DNA from: an uncultured Candidatus Saccharibacteria bacterium
Lineage (GTDB): Bacteria > Patescibacteriota > Minisyncoccia > Phycocordibacterales > Phycocordibacteraceae
Direction: 5' to 3'
Assembly (NCBI GenBank): GCA_964626715.1
Contig: CAZVGP010000002.1
Coordinates: forward strand, 1-27,194
DNA: 27,194 nt
Notes under the pieces: model-generated
Told to the model about the DNA's origin: nothing
The model's database searches: none
Seen by the model: the letters and a program-made list of their open reading frames with translations, nothing else
Program-made: the position numbers and the translations under genes
Shown here: piece by piece, positions 1 through 7,313 of the stretch
How the letters are laid out: every line of letters starts with the position of its first letter
Position numbering within the stretch: the stretch's first letter is position 1

Positions 1-1
1 G

Positions 2-148
2 GTTCTCTCCCGCACCTACCGCGATGTTGTTGGGGATACAGAAGGTACGGAGCTTTTCCAAGCGTTCGAGGCGAAAAACAACAAGCTCCTGAAAGGTTCC
101 GGAAAGGATCTTGACCTTCTGAAAGGGGTGTACGGCGAAGCGGTCTAA
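2..148 (+). CDS. 3' end of a truncated CDS, possibly a UDP-glucose/GDP-mannose dehydrogenase family protein
   Basis: Frame 2 is open from the window edge to TAA 146-148 (VLSRTYRDVVGDTEGTELFQAFEAKNNKLLKGSGKDLDLLKGVYGEAV*). The family call rests on recalled resemblance and context only. Confidence 0.4.
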   Translation, partial: VLSRTYRDVVGDTEGTELFQAFEAKNNKLLKGSGKDLDLLKGVYGEAV

Positions 149-170
149 GGTCTGTTCTTGCGCGCGCGGG

Positions 171-182
171 TACAATTACAAT
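171..182 (+). promoter_or_regulatory. Tandem TACAAT TACAAT -10-like boxes; the second is 7 nt upstream of ATG 190 (possible leaderless promoter)
   Basis: gggTACAATTACAATacggtgtATG; no well-spaced -35. Confidence 0.45.
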
Positions 183-189
183 ACGGTGT

Positions 190-1329
190 ATGCGCATCTT
201 AGTGGCAACCGGGCTCTATCCGCCTGATGTGGGCAGTTCTGCGACGTACGCAAAGGCGCTCGAGGGGGGACTCCAGAAGGAAGGGATAGCGGTCTCGGTA
301 CTTCCGTTTTCGCGCGTGCGCCGATTGCCGATACTCATCCGGCACCTGCGGTATTTTTTTCTCGCGCTTCGCGAAGGGAAACACACGGACGTCATCTACG
401 CGCAGGACCCGTTTTCGGTCGGACTTCCCGCGTTTTTCGCGGCGCGCCTCTCGGGAAAGAAGTTTGTGCTCAAAGTGGTGGGCGATTTCGCGTGGGAGCA
501 GGCGGTGGAGCGGTTCGACTTTGCCGGCACGCTCGAGGCGTTCCAGAAGGCGGAGCTTTCGCTTCTGCCGGGCATGATGCGATGGCTCGAGCGCTTCGTC
601 GCCCTGCGGGCAGAGCGCATTGTCGTGCCGTCAAAGTACCTCGGCACCATCGTCGGGCGATGGGGCGTTCCCAAAAAAAAGATCGCAGTCATTTATAACG
701 GGATGGAGGAGCTCGCTGATCCCGGAAACAAGCCGGTTCTGCGCGGCCTTCTCAAATTCCACGGGAAGCTCATCATCTCCGTGGGCCGTCTCGTGCCGTG
801 GAAAGGCTTCGGCGCGCTCATCGGCATGCTTGCCGGCATGAAAAAGGATTTTCCGGACCTGAAGCTCATGATCGTCGGCAACGGACCCGACCTCGCGACC
901 CTTGAGGAAGAAGCGAAGCGGAAAGGAGTCGCGGACGATGTCATTTTCACGGGAGCTCTGCCGCGCGACGTCTTATTGCGGTATATCAGAGCGTCGGACC
1001 TCTTCATTCTCAATAGTAGCTCCGAAGGGTTTTCGAACCAACTTTTCGAAGCCATGGCCATCGGCGTGCCTCTTATCGCAACCAAGGTCGGAGGAAATCC
1101 CGAAGCGATAGCGCATGAAACAGAGGGTTTTCTGGTTTCTCCGAACGACACGGCACGGATCGAAGGATACGTGCGCGCGCTTTTTTCCGACTCTGGCCTC
1201 CGCACGCGGATCATTTCTGGTGCAAAGCGGAAAGTCGCGGAGTTCTCGGAGGAGCGGATGCTTTCTGAAACCGCGAAGCTCCTCAAAAAACTATGCCCGG
1301 TGACTACAACTTCGGATCGCTTCTCATAG
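190..1329 (+). CDS. Glycosyltransferase family 4 (GT-B)
   Basis: N-terminal MRILVATGLYPP, ISVGRLVPWKG, and EGFSNQLFEAMAIGVPLIATKVGG (E-x7-E motif). The last ~11 codons are read from an inserted element. Confidence 0.93.
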   Translation: MRILVATGLYPPDVGSSATYAKALEGGLQKEGIAVSVLPFSRVRRLPILIRHLRYFFLALREGKHTDVIYAQDPFSVGLPAFFAARLSGKKFVLKVVGDFAWEQAVERFDFAGTLEAFQKAELSLLPGMMRWLERFVALRAERIVVPSKYLGTIVGRWGVPKKKIAVIYNGMEELADPGNKPVLRGLLKFHGKLIISVGRLVPWKGFGALIGMLAGMKKDFPDLKLMIVGNGPDLATLEEEAKRKGVADDVIFTGALPRDVLLRYIRASDLFILNSSSEGFSNQLFEAMAIGVPLIATKVGGNPEAIAHETEGFLVSPNDTARIEGYVRALFSDSGLRTRIISGAKRKVAEFSEERMLSETAKLLKKLCPVTTTSDRFS

Positions 1330-1439
1330 GTGTGCGGGCATATATTCTAAACATCGTAACTAACCAAGAACATGAAACAATCTAGGGGAAAAGTGAGTGA
1401 AGCCTTCACACATAATCCGAAGTTGTAGTACCGGGTATG
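1292..1439. mobile_element. E1: inverted-repeat-bounded, MITE-like insert with TATG direct repeats
   Basis: Left IR cccggtgactacaacttcggat (1296-1317) and right IR atccgaagttgtagtaccggg (1415-1435) are perfect except for one extra base. TATG at 1292-1295 and 1436-1439. Confidence 0.75.
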
Positions 1440-1548
1440 CACCCCGTTAGATATCAAGAAATATATTCCTGCTGTTGTATAGAAACATATGAATGAGTCG
1501 CACAGAATATCGAATGCAAGCTCTCACGTCCTATCTAACGGGGTGAAC
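1437..1548. mobile_element. E2: inverted-repeat-bounded, MITE-like insert (CCCGTTAG...CTAACGGG subfamily)
   Basis: Perfect 14-bp IR caccccgttagata (1440-1453) / tatctaacggggtg (1532-1545). Flanks ATGCAC / GTGAAC; AT-rich interior. Confidence 0.75.
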
Positions 1549-2610
1549 GCCATCATGCTTTCCACAGACCGGACGATCCTTGATGCGGACTCTCCCGCGC
1601 GGGCGAGGATGGAGGAGTATGCCGCCGTTCTCGGGAAGCTTTCGATCATCGTGTTTTCGCGCCGCGCGCCGTTCTACGCGCCGACGGTGGGCGTGCCGCT
1701 GTCCATATATCCGACGAATTCTTTTTCGCGCGTTTCGTACCTTCATGATGCGGAACGCATCGGCCGCACGATAGGAGGCGCGGATGTCGTTACCGCGCAA
1801 GATCCGTTTGAAACGGGGCTCGCGGGTCTTCGCATCGCACAAGCGCTCGGCGTCCCGCTCCATGTGCAGGTGCACACGAACTTCCTCGCTCCCGGATTTC
1901 TCGCCGCGCACTGGCCCTTGAACTGGGTCCGCACCATGATCGCCGGTTTCGTTGTCCGTCGCGCCGCGCGCATCCGTACGGTAAGCGAGAAGATCAAGAA
2001 GGCTCTCGAAAAACATTATCCTCGTCTGCACGCTCCGATTTCCGTGCTTCCGATTTTCGTCGATTTGCAAAAATACCGGAATATCGCCAGAACCCGTCAT
2101 CCGAAGTTTAAAACCGCGCTTCTCATTGTGTCGCGGCTCGAGCCGGAAAAAAGAGTGGCGCTCGCGGTTCGCGCCTTGAAGAAGGCGCGCGACGCGGGAT
2201 TCGAGGCAGGACTCACGATCGTCGGCTCCGGAAGCGAAGAGGGAACACTGAAACGCGAAGCAGGACGGCTCGGCATCTCGGCATGGGTCGAATTCGCCGG
2301 ATTTCAGAATAACCTCATTCCGTATTACGCTGTGGCGGACGTCCTCCTCTATCCCGGAGCGCCCTATGAGGGCTTCGGGATGGCGATTATCGAGGCCCTT
2401 GCGGCGGGAGTGCCCGTGCTTGCGGAGGATGTCGGCATCGCGCGACAGGCAGGGGCCGAAATCGCCGAAGGCGATTTCGGCGAGGCCCTGATGAGCCTCC
2501 TTAAAAAAGAGCCTCAAAGAGCGACGTTACTCTATCAACCCTACCAGAGTAAGGAAGAGTATTTGAGAAAGTTCAAGGAGGATCTCACGATTTCAAGCAC
2601 CCATGGATAA
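1543..2610 (+). CDS. Glycosyltransferase family 4
   Basis: VSRLEPEKR and EGFGMAIIEALAAGVPV motifs. Start placed at GTG 1543 (MNAIMLSTDRTIL) immediately after E2; the track start at 1489 lies inside E2. Confidence 0.9.
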   Translation: MNAIMLSTDRTILDADSPARARMEEYAAVLGKLSIIVFSRRAPFYAPTVGVPLSIYPTNSFSRVSYLHDAERIGRTIGGADVVTAQDPFETGLAGLRIAQALGVPLHVQVHTNFLAPGFLAAHWPLNWVRTMIAGFVVRRAARIRTVSEKIKKALEKHYPRLHAPISVLPIFVDLQKYRNIARTRHPKFKTALLIVSRLEPEKRVALAVRALKKARDAGFEAGLTIVGSGSEEGTLKREAGRLGISAWVEFAGFQNNLIPYYAVADVLLYPGAPYEGFGMAIIEALAAGVPVLAEDVGIARQAGAEIAEGDFGEALMSLLKKEPQRATLLYQPYQSKEEYLRKFKEDLTISSTHG

Positions 2611-3571
2611 AAACATCGTCACCATCGGTGGAGGCACCGGCACGTTCGTGGTTTTGTCCGGCTTGAAACAGCTGCCGAATGTTTCTCTCTCTGCCATCGT
2701 CTCGGTTTTGGATGACGGCGGTTCAACGGGGCGCCTGCGGGATGCGTACGGATTTTTGCCGCATGGCGACGCGCGGCAGGCCTTGATCGCGCTTGCGGAC
2801 GAGCGGGCATCACTCACTCGTGCGCTCTTCGCGTACCGCTTCTCAAAAGGCGACGTTGCCGGACACAATTTCGGGAATCTTTTTTTGACGGCTTTGACTG
2901 ACATACTCGGCTCTGACGCAAAAGCGATCGAAGCGGCCTCTGCGGTACTTCGCGTCAAAGGCAGTGTGATTCCCGTTTCAGAAAAGCCGGGAACCTTGGT
3001 TGCGAAGCTTCAAAACGGCGAGACGGTGGTCGGCGAGCACGCCATCGATACGCGCACGCCGGGGCGTTCTCCCATTGTCGCTTTGTCGACTAAAGAGCCA
3101 GCCGAAGTCTGTGCAGACGCGAAGCAGGCGATTGCCCACGCTGACATGATTATTCTCGGACCGGGCGATCTCTATGCCTCTACGCTTGCGAATTTTGCCG
3201 TCAGCGGCCTTGCTGAAGCGGTCAAACATTCCCCTGCGCGCCTCCTCTATATCGTGAATCTGTTCACCAAAGCGGGGGAAACAGACGGATACTCTGCGAG
3301 AAAGCACGTTGCAGAAGTTACGCAGTACGCGGGCAGGAGGCCGGATGTCGTTCTTCTGCATACCGGAGCATTTGTGAAAGACGTGCTTGATCACTACGCG
3401 GAAGAGAAGGAATTCCCCGTGGCTGATGATCTGGGTTCCGACCCTTCGGTTATCCGCAGCGATTTCGCGGATGTGATGGTTGCCGAGAAAGTCGCTGGCG
3501 ATACGATAGCGAGGAGTTTTATCCGTCACGACCCACGAAAAGTCGCTGAAAGCATTGCTGCATTGCTATGA
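2603..3571 (+). CDS. yvcK: YvcK/GlmR (CofD-like, UPF0052) UDP-GlcNAc-binding protein, copy 1
   Basis: IVTIGGGTG, DDGGSTGRLR, GD.RQAL.AL, GHNFGNL, IILGPGDLY, FIRHDP motifs. Confidence 0.92.
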   Translation: MDKNIVTIGGGTGTFVVLSGLKQLPNVSLSAIVSVLDDGGSTGRLRDAYGFLPHGDARQALIALADERASLTRALFAYRFSKGDVAGHNFGNLFLTALTDILGSDAKAIEAASAVLRVKGSVIPVSEKPGTLVAKLQNGETVVGEHAIDTRTPGRSPIVALSTKEPAEVCADAKQAIAHADMIILGPGDLYASTLANFAVSGLAEAVKHSPARLLYIVNLFTKAGETDGYSARKHVAEVTQYAGRRPDVVLLHTGAFVKDVLDHYAEEKEFPVADDLGSDPSVIRSDFADVMVAEKVAGDTIARSFIRHDPRKVAESIAALL

Positions 3572-3660
3572 ATCCCGTTAGAGATTACCACATGGTCGAA
3601 TATTTATGCATCATTACCATGATACGGAAACCTCTGGTTTCCTATCTCTAACGAGATGAA
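3568..3660. mobile_element. E3: inverted-repeat-bounded insert with ATGAA direct repeats at the yvcK1/yvcK2 junction
   Basis: IR atcccgttagagat (3572-3585) / atctctaacgagat (3644-3657), 1 mismatch. ATGAA at 3568-3572 (contains the yvcK1 TGA) and 3656-3660 (yvcK2 start). Confidence 0.75.
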
Positions 3661-4768
3661 GGACAAAACCAGACTCAGTAGCATCCGCCGCGTCTCATTT
3701 CATGTGAGGGATATCTTTCGGCCCTCGAAGGATGCGACGGGCCGTCTGCGCGCGCTTAAAAATGCTGTCATCTCCGGCGGCGACTTTATTGCGAACAAAA
3801 AACATGTGGTCACTGTGGGCGGAGGCACCGGCACGTTCGTGGTCCTCTCCGGTCTCAAAGGGCTTCCGGGCGTCTTACTTTCGGCTATTGTGTCTGTCGC
3901 TGACGATGGGGGTTCGACCGGGCGCTTGCGGGACGCATATGGCTTTCTGCCGACCGGCGATGCGAGGCAGGCCCTCGTTGCTCTTGCGGAAGAAGAGGAA
4001 GAGGAGAATATCCTGCGGGATCTTTTCACGTACCGTTTTCCCAAAGGCGATATCGCGGGGCACAACCTCGGCAATCTTTTCTTGACGGCCTTGCGCGACC
4101 GGCTCGGCTCAGAAGGCGCTGCCATACGCGCCGCTTCCGAAATCCTTCGCGTGCGCGGCTCCGTTGTTCCGGTATCGGAGCATCCCGCAACGTTGGTAGC
4201 CACGCTTGTAAATGGAGAGACAATCGTTGGCCAGCATGCGTTGAATGCCCGCGGAGCCGGCGGCCCTCCCATTACTTCGCTGAGAATCGCAGAGAACCTT
4301 TCCGCATCAAAGGGTGCAAAAAAAGCCATTGAATCGGCGGATATGATTATCTTAGGTCCCGGAGATTTATATACTTCAACGCTCGCGAATTTCGCCGTCC
4401 CGGGCCTCACTGAGGCGGTCGCTCACAGCAAAGCGGTTCTGGTGTATTTCGTAAATCTCTTTACCAATGCGGCCGAGACGGACGGCTACGGCGCCCAAAA
4501 GCATGTCGCAGAGATCACCCGCTACGCGGGCAGAGCGCCTGATGTCATTTTTCTCCATACCGGCGAATTGCCTGATGAGGTGCGTGCGTACTACGCCGGT
4601 AAGAAGGGCTTTCCTGTTGTGGATGATCTTCAGGGTGATCCAACCGTTATTCGAGGGTCGTTTGCAAATCCCGTCATCATCCCGAAGACTGAAACAGACG
4701 TCATCGACCGCTCCCTCATCCGCCACGATCCGACGAAAGTTGCGGAGGCGATTCGGAAGCTCCTATGA
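3656..4768 (+). CDS. yvcK: YvcK/GlmR family protein, copy 2, with a ~45-aa N-terminal extension (start uncertain)
   Basis: Same motifs as copy 1 (VVTVGGGTG, DDGGSTGRLRDAYGFLP, GHNLGNL, LGPGDLY, LIRHDP). Confidence 0.9.
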   Translation: MKDKTRLSSIRRVSFHVRDIFRPSKDATGRLRALKNAVISGGDFIANKKHVVTVGGGTGTFVVLSGLKGLPGVLLSAIVSVADDGGSTGRLRDAYGFLPTGDARQALVALAEEEEEENILRDLFTYRFPKGDIAGHNLGNLFLTALRDRLGSEGAAIRAASEILRVRGSVVPVSEHPATLVATLVNGETIVGQHALNARGAGGPPITSLRIAENLSASKGAKKAIESADMIILGPGDLYTSTLANFAVPGLTEAVAHSKAVLVYFVNLFTNAAETDGYGAQKHVAEITRYAGRAPDVIFLHTGELPDEVRAYYAGKKGFPVVDDLQGDPTVIRGSFANPVIIPKTETDVIDRSLIRHDPTKVAEAIRKLL

Positions 4769-4906
4769 CCCCGTTGTGAAGTTTGGCAATACAATAAGAA
4801 ACATGCAAAATATTTTATCAGATACAGAAAGGTTCAGAAGGTTTTTCGATGTTTCAGGTTGTGCTCGCGAGGCGAGCGTTGCCAAACTCTACAACGGGGT
4901 ATGACC
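4764..4906. mobile_element. E4: inverted-repeat-bounded insert with 7-bp TATGACC direct repeats
   Basis: IR accccgttgtgaagtttggcaa (4768-4789) / ttgccaaactctacaacggggt (4879-4900), 20/22 match. TATGACC at 4764-4770 and 4900-4906. Confidence 0.82.
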
Positions 4907-5422
4907 TATTTTCTGGATTTTGATCGGACGCTGTTTGATACCTCGGCCTTTCTCGCGTATATCGTAGAACGCGATGGATTGGATGAACTTCGATCGAAAA
5001 CCGAGGTCGAGATGGCGGCACGTCTCAATGGTCCCGTGGCGGAAGGCGCAATCCGTTTTGAGAAGGACGAACTCGCGCAGTTCCTTTTTCCTGATGCCGC
5101 GGTGTTTCTCAAGGCACACGGGAAGGAATCGGTTATCGTAACGGCGGGGAATCCTGCGCTTCAAAGAGCAAAATGCGAGAATGTCTTTGCGTCCTATCCG
5201 ATCTTCGCTATCATCTACGCGGATGATGAACGGAAGGGACCGGTGCTCGCGAAAGTGGCCGGTTCGTTCCCGAAACCTTGGATTTTTATCGACGACAAGC
5301 CCGCCGAGCTTGAGTCAGTGGTTGTCCTGCTACCTGAAATGTCCGTCTATCAATCCGGTCGCGGCACTCTTCCTGTGTTGGGAGCGTACCCGGTCATCCA
5401 TTCGCTTGCCGAGCTCCCATGA
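4901..5422 (+). CDS. HAD superfamily hydrolase
   Basis: MTYFLDFDRTLFDT (DxDxT motif I), IVTAG (motif II), FIDDK (motif IV). Start at ATG 4901 right after E4; the track start at 4859 lies inside E4. Confidence 0.85.
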   Translation: MTYFLDFDRTLFDTSAFLAYIVERDGLDELRSKTEVEMAARLNGPVAEGAIRFEKDELAQFLFPDAAVFLKAHGKESVIVTAGNPALQRAKCENVFASYPIFAIIYADDERKGPVLAKVAGSFPKPWIFIDDKPAELESVVVLLPEMSVYQSGRGTLPVLGAYPVIHSLAELP

Positions 5423-5489
5423 ACCCTGTTAGGTATCAGGAGGTGCTTGTGTACATGAATAACCCACGTCCATTATCTAACGGGATGAA
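5419..5489. mobile_element. E5: short inverted-repeat-bounded insert with ATGAA direct repeats, in frame with the downstream gene
   Basis: cctgttaggta (5425-5435) / tatctaacggg (5474-5484), with two G-T pairs. ATGAA at 5419-5423 and 5485-5489, offset 66 nt. Confidence 0.7.
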
Positions 5490-6516
5490 GCTTCTCATCG
5501 TGACGCAGGCAGTCGATCGGGAAGATCCGATCCTCGGGTTTTTTCATCGCTGGATCGAGGAATTCACGAAGCACTGGGATCGCATTGAAGTCATCTGTCT
5601 TCGAGAGGGGGGACACGCGCTTCCGGGAAACGTGCGCATACATTCTTTAGGCAAAGAGCGCCCATCTGCGCATGCAAACGGCGCGCTCCGCCGCCTCGTA
5701 TACGCATGGTGCCTTCTCAAGCTCGCGTGGCAGCTTCGCCGCGGCTACGACGTTGTCTTCGTGCATATGAGTCAGGAGTATGTCCTTGTTGCCGGATGGT
5801 TTTGGAAACTCTTGGGAAAGAAGGTGTATCTGTGGCGGAATCACTACGCAGGTTCCCTAGTGACCGACGCGGCTGCGCTTTTCTGCCAAAAGATTTTTTA
5901 TACCTCCGTGCATTCGTACACTGCAAAATATGCTGACGCAGTGCGCATGCCGGTCGGGGTCGATACAGTGAGGTTCTGTCCGGACACCCGCGCCAGACGC
6001 GTGCCGCGCTCGATCCTCTTTCTTTCACGCATGGCGCCCTCGAAACGCGCCGGCATGCTCATCGAAGCGCTCGCGATGCTCGCGCGCCGCGGCGTCGATT
6101 TTTCCGCTTCTTTCGTGGGCTCTCCTCTTTCTCAAGACGATGCATATTACGAATCGCTGAAGCAGCGCGCAAAGATCGCAGGCATCGCCGAACGCGTTTC
6201 CTTCTTGCCGGCCGTACCAAACGTCAAGGCTCCGGCGCTCTATCGCACCCATGAGATATTCGTGAACTGCTCTCCCTCCGGGATGCTCGACAAGACCATT
6301 CTTGAGGCGGCGTCCTGCGGGTGCATAGTACTTGCCTCGAGCGCGGATTTTGCCCTAGTAGCCGGCCCGGAGTATCATTTTGCAACGGCAGAAGAGCTTG
6401 CCGGAAAGATAGCAGCGAATCTCGGGCATACTCCGGCCGAAACGCTTTCCCTGCTTGTACCGGCGCATGCGCTTCCGGCGCTGGCTGCTCGCCTCGCTCA
6501 AGAGATGCGATCATGA
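5485..6516 (+). CDS. Glycosyltransferase family 4
   Basis: MKLLIVTQAVD start, LFLSRMAPSKR, GMLDKTILEAASCG. Could alternatively start at 5419 with an element-derived 22-aa extension. Confidence 0.88.
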   Translation: MKLLIVTQAVDREDPILGFFHRWIEEFTKHWDRIEVICLREGGHALPGNVRIHSLGKERPSAHANGALRRLVYAWCLLKLAWQLRRGYDVVFVHMSQEYVLVAGWFWKLLGKKVYLWRNHYAGSLVTDAAALFCQKIFYTSVHSYTAKYADAVRMPVGVDTVRFCPDTRARRVPRSILFLSRMAPSKRAGMLIEALAMLARRGVDFSASFVGSPLSQDDAYYESLKQRAKIAGIAERVSFLPAVPNVKAPALYRTHEIFVNCSPSGMLDKTILEAASCGCIVLASSADFALVAGPEYHFATAEELAGKIAANLGHTPAETLSLLVPAHALPALAARLAQEMRS

Positions 6517-7313
6517 GTACCAGCACCATCCCTTGCACTGTCGCCATTCTCACGAAAGATTCCGCCTCGACTCTTGAACGGGTGCTTGAAAGCGTGAAAG
6601 GTTTTTCGGACATCATCGTGTGCGATGGCGGCTCGACCGATGAAACGTCTAGAATCGCATATGCCTTCGGCGCACGCGTGATCCGGCAGGATGCCCGCTT
6701 TCTCGATGCCGAAAGCCGCATCGCCGATTTTGCCGGGGTACGCAACCAGACCCTGCACGCGGCGCGCGAACGCTGGTTTTTCTTCCTGGATTCTGATGAA
6801 GAGGCAAGTCCGGAGCTCGTTTCTCGTATCCGCGAAATCGCCACAGACTCGAAGATAGCAGCCTATTGGATCGCGCGACTATATGAATACAGAGGAGTGC
6901 GCATCACGTGCTCCGCGAGTTATCCTAATCGGCAGATACGCTTTTTCCATCGCGAAGGCGTCACGGGTTTCCGGAAAAGAGTCCATGAGCGGGTCGCCAT
7001 TTCCCCCGAAACTCCGATACGGGCTCTTTCCGAGGCAATCCTCGTCCCGGTTTCGGAAGACCAGGAAATCCTTGCTGCAAAGACAGAGCGGTACCTTCGC
7101 ATGGAGGTTGAGCGTCTCGCGGGAATCGGCCCCGCAGCGCTTCGCAGAGGTGTTTTTGACGGCGCAAAGAGCGTTCTGAGCTGGATCGCGCGCTTCGCGC
7201 ACAGCGCGCTTTTCTGCCACGGCACGTGGCTGCCGCTTTCATACGAATTTCGATCGGTACGTTACCAAGTCGCGCTTGTGAGAATGTTACTTGCACGTCT
7301 TTTCAATATATGA
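6513..7313 (+). CDS. Glycosyltransferase family 2 (LgtF/KdtX-like beta-glycosyltransferase)
   Basis: IIVCDGGSTDET, WFFFLDSDE (DxD), RQIRFF, VHER. Start at ATG 6513 overlapping the upstream TGA (ATGA). Confidence 0.88.
   Translation: MSTSTIPCTVAILTKDSASTLERVLESVKGFSDIIVCDGGSTDETSRIAYAFGARVIRQDARFLDAESRIADFAGVRNQTLHAARERWFFFLDSDEEASPELVSRIREIATDSKIAAYWIARLYEYRGVRITCSASYPNRQIRFFHREGVTGFRKRVHERVAISPETPIRALSEAILVPVSEDQEILAAKTERYLRMEVERLAGIGPAALRRGVFDGAKSVLSWIARFAHSALFCHGTWLPLSYEFRSVRYQVALVRMLLARLFNI

Noticed and set aside
1489-1542. Longest-ORF start codons at 1489, 4859, 6321, 7226, 19247, 19266, 21331, 24233 and 24293
   Set aside because: They lie inside elements or neighbouring genes; downstream starts fit domain boundaries and ATGA coupling better.
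1441-1545. Integron attC interpretation of the GTTAGAT...ATCTAAC ends (they match GTTRRRY and RYYYAAC)
   Set aside because: The order is the reverse of an attC site (RYYYAAC should come first), there are no L boxes or integrase, and E1, A, B, C and D lack the GTT/AAC core.
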